From: Dehalococcoidia bacterium
GTDB lineage: Bacteria; Chloroflexota; Dehalococcoidia; Lucifugimonadales; UBA3495
Length of the DNA: 64,000 nt
Assembly: GCA_965262485.1 (NCBI GenBank)
Contig: OZ253540.1
Span: 1,044,711-1,108,710 of the forward strand
Direction: 5' to 3'
Shown: positions 30,346 to 40,784 of the stretch, piece after piece
Numbering within the stretch: the first letter of the stretch is position 1
Layout: each line of letters starts with the position of its first letter
Position numbers and translations under genes: made by a program
Notes under the pieces: generated by a model
Told to the model about the DNA's origin: nothing
Seen by the model: only the letters and a program-made list of their open reading frames with translations
Databases searched by the model: none

Positions 30346-30681
30346 TCACAATTCGGGGTCATCTTCAAAGAACATCGGGTCGTCGGGTTCCGGGGCAAAC
30401 GGAACATCCCAGGCGCCGGCCTCGCCACCGGGGTCTGCCCCTCGGCGCATACCTGCCAAGTCTGATCCCGGGCCCGCCTGACTGATTCTCATTTCAGTCT
30501 CAGATAATAGTTGCTGGCAGCGTTTAGCCAAATCCAGACCCAGAAGATAGAGCAGTTCTGAATCGGCGAGGGACATTTCACCCAATTCAAGGCGAGAAAC
30601 TGTGTCTTCCAAACGCCGGTACGCCTCTTCAAAGCCCAATTCGCTTATTTCCTCCCGACCGGGATCACTCGACTGGTTCAT
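30346..30681 (-). CDS. xseB: Exodeoxyribonuclease VII small subunit
   Basis: FEEAYRRLEDTVSRLELGEMSLADS...LAKRCQQLL. Directly downstream of xseA. Confidence 0.8.
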   Translation of the reverse strand: MNQSSDPGREEISELGFEEAYRRLEDTVSRLELGEMSLADSELLYLLGLDLAKRCQQLLSETEMRISQAGPGSDLAGMRRGADPGGEAGAWDVPFAPEPDDPMFFEDDPEL

Positions 30682-30706
30682 CGTGATTAATGACCGATCC
30701 CCTCAC

Positions 30707-32104
30707 TCACAGGAGAGGTCGCATGGCCATTGGCGGGTTCGGCCGGGTGCGACGGCGGCGAACAGGTTGGGCGGAATCATCAGACGGTGTTGTACGTTCT
30801 CCGGCCTGGTGGTCCGAGTCGGAAGTTGGCAATGGTGGTTCGATCCTGGCTACCGCCGAGGCAAGCCCTTTTTCCGGGGATGAATCCTCCGGCACGGGTG
30901 TTGCGGCGGTGGCGTCCAGCGTACCTCCGGATACTGTGATGCACAACAAATCTCCGGGTGGGACCTGTCCGGGATCGGTGACTACGGCGGCGTTTTGGTA
31001 GCGGTTCACGACGGCAAAACCGCGACGCAAAGTGGCGGCAGGGTCCAGTGTATTCAACCTGGCGCCTAGAGTCGCGATTTCCCGGCCCTTGAGGTCAATT
31101 CGCCGCAACAAGGTAGTTGCGGACCGGTCGGCGAGATCATCAACCTGACGACGCCGGGACCCCACGTCCGGAGCGCTTCGAACCAGTCGTTGGTTGGTCA
31201 ATGCGCACGAATTCCGCAGGCGGGCGATTCGGTTGGTCATCGCGGATTCCGATTGCTGCAATCCGCCCAGGATATTGGACAGCAACTGCAATCTATCCGG
31301 TGTCGCCAGTTCTGCGGCGGCGGATGGCGTGGGAGCGCGCCGGTCCGCTACATCATCTGCGATGGTGTGGTCAGTTTCATGCCCGATTCCAGACACGACC
31401 GGTATGCCGCTGGCGAAAATTGACCGGCCGACTTCTTCGGTATTGAAGCACCAAAGATCTTCGAGGGAACCGCCTCCCCTGGCCACGATGATGACGTCAG
31501 CGGCGCCTTCATCATTGAGCCGGGAGATTGCAGCAGCAATTTGGCCGGCGGCGCGTTCACCCTGCACCGCGGTGGGGAACAACCGAAGCTCAGCGATGGG
31601 GAAACGTCGTCTCACGACGTTTTGTATGTCTTGCCAAACCGCTCCGCTAGGGGAGGTTACGACGCCGATTACGCTTGGAAATTCCGGTAGCCGGCGCTTT
31701 CGAGACGGATCGAACAATCCTTCAGATTCCAGCTGCTGGCGGAGCCGAACCAACTCCAATGCCAAAGCTCCCGAACCGACTGGCAGCGCCGCGGCGACCT
31801 GTAGATTGGCTTCACCGGACGGCCCGTAAAAGGTGAAGGTTCCACCGACCAGCACTTCCTGACCAGATTCCAGATACTCCTGGCCGGCACGCCCGCGAAA
31901 CATGACGCATCTGATACTGTTGCCGTCGCCCCGCAGGCTGAAATATGAATGCCCGCTGGCAACGGTACGAAGATTCGCGATTTCACCCTGGACGGTGAGG
32001 TCCGACAGGAGATTATCAGATTCCAGCTTTTCTTTCAGATAGCCGGCCACATCTTTGACCGAATAGACCACCGGCGAAAGCATCGTTGCGCCACCACGAA
32101 CCAC
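30707..32104 (-). CDS. xseA: Exodeoxyribonuclease VII large subunit
   Basis: N-terminal OB fold (VQGEIANLR...SGHSYFSL), VITSPSGAVWQD and IVARGGGSLEDLW motifs. Disordered C-terminal tail. The start may be Met8 (32083). Confidence 0.9.
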   Translation of the reverse strand: MVRGGATMLSPVVYSVKDVAGYLKEKLESDNLLSDLTVQGEIANLRTVASGHSYFSLRGDGNSIRCVMFRGRAGQEYLESGQEVLVGGTFTFYGPSGEANLQVAAALPVGSGALALELVRLRQQLESEGLFDPSRKRRLPEFPSVIGVVTSPSGAVWQDIQNVVRRRFPIAELRLFPTAVQGERAAGQIAAAISRLNDEGAADVIIVARGGGSLEDLWCFNTEEVGRSIFASGIPVVSGIGHETDHTIADDVADRRAPTPSAAAELATPDRLQLLSNILGGLQQSESAMTNRIARLRNSCALTNQRLVRSAPDVGSRRRQVDDLADRSATTLLRRIDLKGREIATLGARLNTLDPAATLRRGFAVVNRYQNAAVVTDPGQVPPGDLLCITVSGGTLDATAATPVPEDSSPEKGLASAVARIEPPLPTSDSDHQAGERTTPSDDSAQPVRRRRTRPNPPMAMRPLL

Positions 32105-32107
32105 GGC

Positions 32108-32674
32108 TTAGGAAACCCGCTCCGAGTAGGTGGCATTGCGCGTATCGACTTTCACAATTGACCCTGGAGTAATGAACATCGGTACGGTTATGCGCAACCC
32201 GGTTTCCAGGGTGGCCGGTTTATTGCCCCCCTGGGCTGTATCGCCTTTGAAAGCGGGAGGAGTATCGACCACTGCGAGTTCCACGTGAATGGGAAGATTC
32301 ACGTTGATGGGCGCTCCTTTGTAAAAAACGACCTCCACCATCATGCTTTCTTTTAGATAACCGAGGGCATCGCCCAACTGCTGGGCGGTGAGCTCATGCT
32401 GGTCAAAATTTTCCTGGTCCATGAAGCAATAATGGGTGCCGTCGGTATACAGGTATTGAGTTTCGCGGTGGTCAACATCGGCTAGACTGAATGCGGTGTC
32501 GTACCTTTGGAACGTGCGCTCAATGACCGTTCCGCTGACGAGATTCCGCATCTTAATCCGGGTGACGGGGGCGCGCTGTTGCATCTTGTGTCGCTCATAA
32601 TCCATCACCTGCCACGGCTGGTTCTCCAGCTCGATCACCATCCCTTTGTTGAGGTCACTAAAGCTGATGCTCAT
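32108..32674 (-). CDS. efp: Translation elongation factor P
   Basis: 188 aa. KMQQRAPVTRIKMRNL and KGDTAQGGNKPATLETG motifs. Confidence 0.95.
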   Translation of the reverse strand: MSISFSDLNKGMVIELENQPWQVMDYERHKMQQRAPVTRIKMRNLVSGTVIERTFQRYDTAFSLADVDHRETQYLYTDGTHYCFMDQENFDQHELTAQQLGDALGYLKESMMVEVVFYKGAPINVNLPIHVELAVVDTPPAFKGDTAQGGNKPATLETGLRITVPMFITPGSIVKVDTRNATYSERVS

Positions 32675-32752
32675 TTCGGTATCCCCTTAGAAAAACCAGG
32701 CCAATCGACGGACGCAGGCAAAATCCGCCTGCATTACAAGAACAACCGGCAC

Positions 32753-33208
32753 CTAATCCGCATCATGTGCGTCGTCAGATATTATTCCTGCCAGCGCTTC
32801 CAGAGCAGCAGTATAGCCTCTCCACCCAAGCCCGGCAATCTGGCCTCGAACGGAATCAGCCAAGACAGATCGCCGGCGCCATTCTTCTCTGGCGTGGATA
32901 TTACTCAGGTGCACTTCAATGACAGGGACACGGCAATCCGTAAGAGCATCTTTTAGCGACAGGCCGTAATGAGTCAATGCCCCGGCGTTTATCACCACGC
33001 CATCTATTCTTCCGAAGCAATCCTGCAGACAGTCGATCAACGCTCCCTCATGGTTGGACTGAAAACATTCCACGTCAACACCAATGGATGCAGCGACGCC
33101 CGTGATACGTTCATTGATCGCATCGAGAGACAGCGAACCATAGTGATCTGGATCGCGCCGCCCCAACACATTCAGGTTGGGCCCATGCAAAACGAGGATC
33201 TTTGTCAA
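32753..33208 (-). CDS. aroQ: Type II 3-dehydroquinate dehydratase
   Basis: ILVLHGPNLNVLGRRDP...QSNHEG...INAGALTHY...IEVHLSNIHARE. Confidence 0.93.
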   Translation of the reverse strand: MTKILVLHGPNLNVLGRRDPDHYGSLSLDAINERITGVAASIGVDVECFQSNHEGALIDCLQDCFGRIDGVVINAGALTHYGLSLKDALTDCRVPVIEVHLSNIHAREEWRRRSVLADSVRGQIAGLGWRGYTAALEALAGIISDDAHDAD

Positions 33209-33220
33209 GTTGCTACCAGT

Positions 33221-34285
33221 TCAAAATGAGGCCTGGTCTGGGTCAGGATCAGGCGCCAACGGCGCGGCTGTTTCCGGTGGATCGCTATCGGTTTCCGACT
33301 CGCGGGACAGGGGATGGAACTTGAGGTAAGCCCGGCGGGATTCCTGCTTGGTGATGTGCGTATACATCTGTGTCGTCGATACACTACTGTGACCAAGTAA
33401 TTCCTGGATGACGCGCAGGTCAGCATCGCCGGCGAGCATGTGGCTGGCGAAGCTGTGCCGGAGAGTGTGCGTATGCGTTCCGGCGCGGAGCCCCACGCGA
33501 GCCGAATACCCGCTCACCAGTTTTTCGATACTCCGCCGGGACAACCTGCCGCCGTATCGGTTCACAAACAAGGCTTCCTGTCCGGTCGAATCGGCGATCA
33601 ATTGAGGGCGGGCTTCCGCGATGTATCTTTCCAACGCATCCGCTGCCGGTTCGCCGTACAACGTATAGCGCTGCTTGTTTCCCTTACCTGTAACGAGTAT
33701 TTCCCTTCGCGCCGGTATCACGTCGCCGACGTTCATACCGTGGACCTCGGCCAACCTGACTCCGCAGGCATACAGAACTTCCAGCAATGCCCGATCCCTG
33801 ATCCCCAGGGGTGTCGATGTGTCCGGTGCGTCCAACAATTCCGACGTTTCCCGTTCATCGAGGAACGAAGGCAATGGTTTTTCCACCTTGACAGGAAATG
33901 ACCGCGCTGAAGGAACCGGGGTTGCCGCGAACCAGCCCTCCTGAACCAGGAAATTGTAAAAGGTTCGCACCGCAGCCAGCATGCGTACAATGCTGACACG
34001 GGCGTAACCCTCCGGTTTGGGCCCGTCGGACCGGCCGCAGGTGGCCAGGTGAGCCACGTAATCCCGAAGGAGCTGGCGGTCCATGTCCTGCAAGGGCCTG
34101 CCCTCCCGTCGGCAGTACGCCAGGAATTTGTGCAGGTCGTCCAGATAAATTCGGTGTGTGTTGGCCGACAGGCCCCGTTGCCCGGTAAGAAACCTGCCGT
34201 ACCGTTCCAGCAATTCCGTGGTGGCGGGAGCTGGAACCCGGTTGCCATTTATTGGCGCTTCCGGAGCGCCCGCTCTAGTCTCCAA
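33221..34285 (-). CDS. xerC: Tyrosine recombinase XerC/XerD family
   Basis: Catalytic R...HxxR...Y contexts (RLAEV, LRHSFASHML, LLGHSSVSTTQMYTH). Housekeeping dprA-topA-xerC synteny. Confidence 0.85.
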   Translation of the reverse strand: METRAGAPEAPINGNRVPAPATTELLERYGRFLTGQRGLSANTHRIYLDDLHKFLAYCRREGRPLQDMDRQLLRDYVAHLATCGRSDGPKPEGYARVSIVRMLAAVRTFYNFLVQEGWFAATPVPSARSFPVKVEKPLPSFLDERETSELLDAPDTSTPLGIRDRALLEVLYACGVRLAEVHGMNVGDVIPARREILVTGKGNKQRYTLYGEPAADALERYIAEARPQLIADSTGQEALFVNRYGGRLSRRSIEKLVSGYSARVGLRAGTHTHTLRHSFASHMLAGDADLRVIQELLGHSSVSTTQMYTHITKQESRRAYLKFHPLSRESETDSDPPETAAPLAPDPDPDQASF

Positions 34286-36731
34286 CCGTTGCCAACTCCT
34301 TGTCAGCCGGTTCGGATTGCCCGGTTTCGGCTGGCAATTCCCCTTTCCACTTGCAGTCCACGCATGAGACGCGCCCCTTGGCGGCGGCTACCAACATGCC
34401 GCTGCATTGCGGGCATGGCGTTGGCAAGGGTTGAGTGTTCACCAGAAATTCGCAAGTGGGATAATTCGCGCATCCCCAAAACGGGCGTCGCGTTTTTCGG
34501 GAGCGGCGTTCCACCAAATCGCCACCGCACTTGGGGCAGGGCACACCGCTTTTTTTGATCAGGTTTCGACGGTTGTCGCAAGGGTTTTCTTCGGCGCCGA
34601 AACCGGTGCACGCCAGGAACCTGCCGTAACGTCCCGACTTAATGACCATCGGCCTTTCGCAACGCTCGCAAATCTCGTCGGTTTCTTCCTCGAACGGCCG
34701 GTCCGGGTTCTCGCCCAAGTCTTTGGTATTGCGGCATTCGGGGTAACCGGTACAGGCCAAAAAGCGTCCGAATCGACCGGTTTTGATTGCCATCGGCTGC
34801 TGGCATTTTTCGCAAACTTCATCGGTTTGATCGGCGATTGCGAATGTTGCTGCCGCCTTGTTGATGGCCTGACTGAAAGGATCATAGAATTCCCGCAACA
34901 CCGGCACCCAATCCCGATTGCCCTGGGCTACCTCGTCGAGGTCTGCTTCCATTCTAGCCGTGAAGTTCAGATCCATAACGTCTTCAAAATGCTCGGTTAG
35001 CAAATCTGTGACGGTGAAGCCCATCCTGGTCGGAGTCAAACGGGTTTGCTCGCGTTCCACGTATTCGCGTTCAATGAGGGTAGCAATGGTAGGGGCATAG
35101 GTGCTGGGCCGCCCGATTCCCTTGTCCTCCATCGCCTTGATCAACGTAGCTTCAGTAAACCGGGGCGGCGGTTGCGTGAAGTGTTGGTTGGCAGCCAGGT
35201 TCTGGTTGATCAGCCCGTTACCGGCCGCCAGGTCGGGCAGTGCGTTCTCTTCCGAATCGACAACGTCGTCGCGCCCTTCCAGGTACACGGCTCTGAACCC
35301 GGCAAACCGAAGCACCGAACCGGTGGCCCGGAATCGGAATATTTCATCTGATTGGCCGAGGCAACGCGCATCGATGTCAACCGTGGTCGCCTCCAGTTGA
35401 GCGTCGGCCATTTGGCTGGCGATCATGCGCTCCCAAACCAGGGTGTACAGCCGCAATTGCTCTGCGCTCAGGTAGGGAGCGAGGCTCTGCGGGTCCCTTC
35501 GGATTGAGGTGGGCCGGATTGCTTCGTGGGCTTCCTGGGCGTTTTTGGAACGGGTCCGGTGAACCCGCGGCTTGTCCGGCACAAATTGTTTCCCGTAGCG
35601 ATCGCTGATATACGCGCGAGCCTCCTGAATGGCGGTCTCGGCCACATTGGTGCTGTCGGTGCGCATATAGGTGATCAAACCCACCGAGCCATCGGCGCCA
35701 ACATTCAGGCCTTCGTACAGCTGTTGGGCTACGGCCATTGTGCGTTGGGCGGTGAAGCGGAGCTTTCTCCCCGCTTCCTGTTGCAACGTGCTGGTGATGA
35801 ACGGTGGAGATGGGCGTTGCCGGCGGGGGCGTTTCTCTACGGAGTCCACCGAGTAGGCGGCGCCCTGCAACTGTGCTTCCAGGCTCCGCGCCGTGTCTTC
35901 ATCGGGGATATTCAGGCGTCTCTTGGCGTCCTTACGGGAATGCAGAGTCGCGTTGAATACATCCGGTTGATCGGGCGCGTCGGTATCTTTGTGGAGTGAG
36001 GCTTCGAGAGTCCACGATTCCACGGGAACAAAGGCGCTGATCTCGCGTTCGCGATCCACAATCATGCGCAAAGTGCCGGACTGCACCCGTCCGGCCGACA
36101 AACCCCTTTGAATTCTCTGCCACAGCAGGGGACTGATCTCGTAACCTACCAAGCGGTCCAAAATTCGGCGGGCCTGTTGTGCATTGACCAGCTGCATGTC
36201 GATTTCACGGGGATGATCGAATGCATCTTCAACCGCCTGCTTGGTGATCTCGTGGAATACTACGCGTTTCGGTTGCGGATCCAGATCTGCCCAACCCGCC
36301 GCGTTCTGCAGGTGCCACGAGATTGCTTCGCCCTCGCGGTCCGGGTCGGTGGCCAGGTAAATCTCAGACGCCTTGGCCGCCGATTTTTTCAGGTCGGTCA
36401 CCAGGGTTTGCTTGTCCCTAAGCGTAACGTATTTGGGCGTGAATTCGTTCTGAGTGTCAACACCCAGCGTTGACTTGGGCAGGTCGCGCACATGACCCAT
36501 TGAGGCGGCCACGACATATTGATTGCCGAGGATCTGGCCAACTGTCCTCGCCTTGGCCGGCGATTCCACGATTACTAAACGCTTGCCATCGGCCGATGGG
36601 ATACTGCTTTTGCGCCTGGCGGAAGTGGCAGTTTTTTTGGACGCGCCACGCGCCGAGCCGGTTTTAGCCGCGCGGCTGCTCGATTGTCGCGGCTTGGCGG
36701 TGGTGTTTTTAGTTCCGGTTTTCGGCGGCAT
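34275..36731 (-). CDS. topA: DNA topoisomerase I
   Basis: Toprim LVIVESPAKA, active-site region, and four C-terminal Cys4 zinc ribbons. Basic N-terminal extension of about 50 aa. Confidence 0.95.
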   Translation of the reverse strand: MPPKTGTKNTTAKPRQSSSRAAKTGSARGASKKTATSARRKSSIPSADGKRLVIVESPAKARTVGQILGNQYVVAASMGHVRDLPKSTLGVDTQNEFTPKYVTLRDKQTLVTDLKKSAAKASEIYLATDPDREGEAISWHLQNAAGWADLDPQPKRVVFHEITKQAVEDAFDHPREIDMQLVNAQQARRILDRLVGYEISPLLWQRIQRGLSAGRVQSGTLRMIVDREREISAFVPVESWTLEASLHKDTDAPDQPDVFNATLHSRKDAKRRLNIPDEDTARSLEAQLQGAAYSVDSVEKRPRRQRPSPPFITSTLQQEAGRKLRFTAQRTMAVAQQLYEGLNVGADGSVGLITYMRTDSTNVAETAIQEARAYISDRYGKQFVPDKPRVHRTRSKNAQEAHEAIRPTSIRRDPQSLAPYLSAEQLRLYTLVWERMIASQMADAQLEATTVDIDARCLGQSDEIFRFRATGSVLRFAGFRAVYLEGRDDVVDSEENALPDLAAGNGLINQNLAANQHFTQPPPRFTEATLIKAMEDKGIGRPSTYAPTIATLIEREYVEREQTRLTPTRMGFTVTDLLTEHFEDVMDLNFTARMEADLDEVAQGNRDWVPVLREFYDPFSQAINKAAATFAIADQTDEVCEKCQQPMAIKTGRFGRFLACTGYPECRNTKDLGENPDRPFEEETDEICERCERPMVIKSGRYGRFLACTGFGAEENPCDNRRNLIKKSGVPCPKCGGDLVERRSRKTRRPFWGCANYPTCEFLVNTQPLPTPCPQCSGMLVAAAKGRVSCVDCKWKGELPAETGQSEPADKELATVGD

Positions 36732-36751
36732 GGGTTGAGAAAGCCTCCGGT

Positions 36752-37957
36752 TCAGATGAGCAGTTTGTAGTGCATTCCGCTAACCGACTGAACCAGCCCC
36801 TTCAATTCCAGCATGGCGAGCATACTACTCACCTCCGCGACGGGGCGATTACAGAGGCCGACCAAGTCGTCAATGTGCGTAGGTTCGTCGGTGATATGTT
36901 CCAACAAGATGGATTCTTCGGGGTCGGCGGGTAGCGATTTCCTGGACTCTACCACATTAGATTGGGAAGTAAATTGCCGTTTGCCGCGTCCTTCGTGGCT
37001 CAATGCGGCATCGGCTTGATCCGGCTCCGCACTTTCGCTCAGGTCCAAGGCCATCTGCTGTGTAACTGCGCTGACGCCGATTTCAACTAATATATCACTA
37101 ACTTCGGTGACCAGTTTGGCGCCTTCTCGTATCAGTCGGTTGGTGAGCTTGCTGTTCTCCGAGTAAATGCTACCGGGTACGCAAAAGATTTCCCGGTTCT
37201 GTTCCAGGGCGTGGTACACCGTCCATCTGGTGCCGCTGGTGTTGCTGGCTTCGGTAACCAGGGTACCCAGCGTCATGCCGCTGATGATCCTGTTGCGCCT
37301 GGGGAAATTGGAGGCTTCAGGACGTACTCCCAAACCAAATTCACTGACGAGGGCGCCGCCCTCAGCTACTATACGCTCCGCCAACCCTCGGTTTTCCCTG
37401 GGATAGACAGTGTCCAACCCATTTCCCATCACTGCGACCGTTCTGCCCCCGGCATCAACTGTTGCTTGGTGGGCGCGGGCATCCACGCCGAATGCCAGGC
37501 CGCTGACGACGGTTACGCCGGCCGCAGCGAGGGCTGAACACAATTCGTCGGTGACTCGGAGACCGTAATCGGTGGGCCGACGGGTACCGACCACCGCTAC
37601 CGCGCATTCATCTCCTGGATGCAGCGTCCCTCGAACGTACAGTACCGCCGGAGCATCAAAGGTTTCCCGCAGTCTCGCCGGATATTCCTCATGGTGCCAG
37701 GTGATAGCGCCGACACTGGCCAATTCCAGTTTTTCGAGTTCGCGCTCAGGTTCGATGGTTCCCCTGGCAGCCACGATATTCTGGGCGACTTCAGTGCCAA
37801 CTCCGGCAGCCCGCAACTCGCGTGAGGAAGCCCGCCAGGCGGTCTTCATATCTCCGTCGAAATGGTCTTCCAATCGATGGAATCGGGCTGCGCCCAAGCG
37901 AGGTACCCGCGCTAAAGCTACCCAGTATTGCAAATCATGTGTGGCGGAACCAATCAC
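36752..37957 (-). CDS. dprA: DNA processing protein DprA (Smf)
   Basis: Rossmann-like core (VVSGLAFGVDARAH, VMGNGLDTVYPREN) and a C-terminal winged-helix-like domain. Confidence 0.9.
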   Translation of the reverse strand: MIGSATHDLQYWVALARVPRLGAARFHRLEDHFDGDMKTAWRASSRELRAAGVGTEVAQNIVAARGTIEPERELEKLELASVGAITWHHEEYPARLRETFDAPAVLYVRGTLHPGDECAVAVVGTRRPTDYGLRVTDELCSALAAAGVTVVSGLAFGVDARAHQATVDAGGRTVAVMGNGLDTVYPRENRGLAERIVAEGGALVSEFGLGVRPEASNFPRRNRIISGMTLGTLVTEASNTSGTRWTVYHALEQNREIFCVPGSIYSENSKLTNRLIREGAKLVTEVSDILVEIGVSAVTQQMALDLSESAEPDQADAALSHEGRGKRQFTSQSNVVESRKSLPADPEESILLEHITDEPTHIDDLVGLCNRPVAEVSSMLAMLELKGLVQSVSGMHYKLLI

Positions 37958-38117
37958 GGCGCCGATTCTATCATAGGATCGAATTTGTTAACAACGGGCA
38001 CGAGTCACCAAAAAGGGCAATCGAGAGCAACCACCAACGCTGCGATTTCTTGCTGGACATCAATCGGTAGGCTAGTATGGCAACAAACTGGACAGCACTA
38101 ATTCTGGGGAGGTTCAA

Positions 38118-39662
38118 ATGCGATACGACTATGTCGTGGTGGGCGCCGGGTCCGCAGGGTCGACAATTGCTACGCGCCTTTCGGAGGATCCAGACAAAAG
38201 CGTTCTGCTTCTGGAAGCGGGACCGGACTATCCTGATTTTGATCACCTGCCCGACGATTTGAAGTTGGGCAACAACGTGTTTTTCTCGGCCTACGGTCCG
38301 CATAGCTGGGCGTACAGCGCCCGCGTTACCGCGCAACAAACCGACCTGGTGATCCCGCGCGGCAAAGCCACCGGCGGATCGTCGGCAATCAACGGGCAGG
38401 TGTTGTACCGTGGGATACCGGAGGACTACGACCGTTGGTCAGAATGGGGCAACGACGAATGGGGTTATACGAGCGTGTTGCCGTTTTTCCGGCGGATGGA
38501 GAATGATCACGACTTTCAGGATGACTGGCACGGCACCGAAGGACCGATTCCGGTGCGTCGATACCGTCCTGACGAATGGTTGCCGCACTCCACCGCATTT
38601 AAATCGGCATGCCTGGCCCTGGGCTTCAGGGACGACCCGGACCAAAACCATCCCGAATCCACCGGCGTGTCTCCCCGGGCGCGCAACACGCTGGACGGCG
38701 TTCGCATCAGCACCGCCCTGGCGTACCTGAACCTCGCTCGCCACCGCCTGAACCTTACGCTGCGGGCAAACGTTCAGGCGTGCCGCGTGGTCTTCGATGG
38801 CAAACGCGCTGTAGGTGTAGAGGTGGAAAGCGATGGAGAACGCTTCGTCGTGGAAGGCAACGAGATTATCGTAAGCAGTGGCGCGATAGCCTCGCCGCAG
38901 CTGTTGTTGCTGTCGGGAGTAGGGCCGGCAGACCATCTGCGAGAAGTAGGCATCCCGGTTACGCATGAGTTGGCGGGAGTGGGGCAGAATTTGAGAGACC
39001 ATCCATCTGCCTGCGTCCTGTTTCGGGCCGCCGGAGACCGTCCCGACGTGCAGGCGGCGGCCATCCAGGTGGGTTTGCGGTACACCGTCGAAGGATCCCA
39101 CTTGCGGAACGACATGCAGATATCTCCGTTGCTGATGACCTCGGAACATCGACCGGCGCAGGTAGTAATTGACGATGACGAAAACTACATTGGCATCAGC
39201 GCCGGCTTGCAACTTGCGCTGGGACACGGCGAACTCAGATTGAAGTCATCAGATCCTGCTGAATATCCATACCTGGACTACAACTACTATCAGGAACCCT
39301 TTGATCTGGAGAGAATGCGGAAAGCTATTCGTACCTGCGTGGAGATTGGAACGCATGTTGCGTACCGCGATGTCCTGTTGGATCGGGTCAATCCGTTGGA
39401 TTCCGATCTGGTTGACGATGCCGCTTTGGATGACTGGCTGATGCGGAACTCGGGCACATCGCACCATGTTTCAGGCACGTGCAAGATGGGACCGGCCAGC
39501 GACGGCATGGCGGTGGTCGACCAGCACGGAAAGGTTCACGGTCTGGAGAACATCCGCGTCGCCGATGCGTCGATCATGCCCGATTGCATCCGAGCAAACA
39601 CCAACGCCACTACGATTATGATCGGAGAGAAAATCGCGGACTATGTGCGCAACGGCAGATAA
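38118..39662 (+). CDS. GMC-family FAD-dependent oxidoreductase (choline-dehydrogenase-like)
   Basis: YDYVVVGAGSAGSTIATRLSED N-terminus, GGSSAINGQV, and HHVSGTCKMG near the C-terminus. Confidence 0.9.
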   Translation: MRYDYVVVGAGSAGSTIATRLSEDPDKSVLLLEAGPDYPDFDHLPDDLKLGNNVFFSAYGPHSWAYSARVTAQQTDLVIPRGKATGGSSAINGQVLYRGIPEDYDRWSEWGNDEWGYTSVLPFFRRMENDHDFQDDWHGTEGPIPVRRYRPDEWLPHSTAFKSACLALGFRDDPDQNHPESTGVSPRARNTLDGVRISTALAYLNLARHRLNLTLRANVQACRVVFDGKRAVGVEVESDGERFVVEGNEIIVSSGAIASPQLLLLSGVGPADHLREVGIPVTHELAGVGQNLRDHPSACVLFRAAGDRPDVQAAAIQVGLRYTVEGSHLRNDMQISPLLMTSEHRPAQVVIDDDENYIGISAGLQLALGHGELRLKSSDPAEYPYLDYNYYQEPFDLERMRKAIRTCVEIGTHVAYRDVLLDRVNPLDSDLVDDAALDDWLMRNSGTSHHVSGTCKMGPASDGMAVVDQHGKVHGLENIRVADASIMPDCIRANTNATTIMIGEKIADYVRNGR

Positions 39663-39746
39663 ACCACGCCGGTCTGGCGCTACCGTTGCCAGCCGGTCAT
39701 GGATCAAAACGATCGGGCGTGTTACAGCCGGGCGAATCCTCGAAAA

Positions 39747-40664
39747 TCAGATGGTTTTTGGTACGGGGACGCCCGGAATATTAACGCTTACCCGACACAA
39801 CTCTTCGAAGGTGGTTATGTAAAGAGTGCGCCAATCGCCGCCGCCGAAACCCACGTTGGTGGCGCGTTTCCCTCCGCCCAGGGCGATGGTGCCGAGATGG
39901 CGGCCGTCAGGGCCCATGATCCAGACTCCGCCCGGCCCCGTCGAATACAGGTTGCCTTCCAAATCGCATTTCATCCCGTCGGGGACGCCGGGTCTTTCGT
40001 CGGCCAGGGCGCAAAACAGTCGGCCGTTTTCGATTCCCCCATCGGTTTTGACGTCCCACGCCTTGATCAACCCGATCCGTGAATCGTTGATATAGAGGAT
40101 GGATTCGCCAGGTGAGAAGCAAAGGCCATTTGGCCCAACGTAATCGTCTATCAGCAACGTGACCTCGCTGAGATCAGGGGAGACGCGATATACGCCAGCG
40201 AAACCCAGCTGCATATCAGGGTAGGTGTCCCGATAAGGGTCGGTGAAGTAGATGGCGCCATCGGATTTGACCACCACATCATTCGGGCGGTTCAGTCGTT
40301 TCCCCTGGTAGGAGTCGGCGACCACGGTGACGCTGCCGTCAGCTTCCTGCCTGGTTACGCGCCGCGCCGCGTGTTCGCAAGCCAGCAATCGGCCTTGGGG
40401 ATCGCGGGTCAACCCGTTGGCCTCGTTGGTATCGGACTGGAATACGGACAGTCCATCCGCATCGTTGAATCGCATCCGCCGATTGCCGCCAATGTCGCTG
40501 AACAGAAGGTAGCCGGATTCTTGCCACCACACTGGACCCTCGGCAGGCCACCAGGGCACGCCCAGGGCCGAACCGTCGCCTCCTAATCCGCTGGCCAACC
40601 ATTCGACTTCCTGGTCCAAATCCAGAATGCGCTCAAGTCCGGGGGCCACTTGTTCAATGGGCAT
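39747..40664 (-). CDS. SMP-30/gluconolactonase/LRE-family beta-propeller protein
   Basis: EGPVW, RPNDVVV...GAIYFTDP, GPNGLCFSP, PDGMKCD. Start taken at Met21 of the listed ORF. Confidence 0.8.
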   Translation of the reverse strand: MPIEQVAPGLERILDLDQEVEWLASGLGGDGSALGVPWWPAEGPVWWQESGYLLFSDIGGNRRMRFNDADGLSVFQSDTNEANGLTRDPQGRLLACEHAARRVTRQEADGSVTVVADSYQGKRLNRPNDVVVKSDGAIYFTDPYRDTYPDMQLGFAGVYRVSPDLSEVTLLIDDYVGPNGLCFSPGESILYINDSRIGLIKAWDVKTDGGIENGRLFCALADERPGVPDGMKCDLEGNLYSTGPGGVWIMGPDGRHLGTIALGGGKRATNVGFGGGDWRTLYITTFEELCRVSVNIPGVPVPKTI

Positions 40665-40784
40665 GGGTATTGCCTCCTGGGTGGGCTGGAAGATATTGCC
40701 CCGACGTCGCGAGCATAATAACACTCACTCCATGCGCCGGATGGGGAATCCCTGGTTGTTCGGTGTCAGTGGGCCTAAATGTGG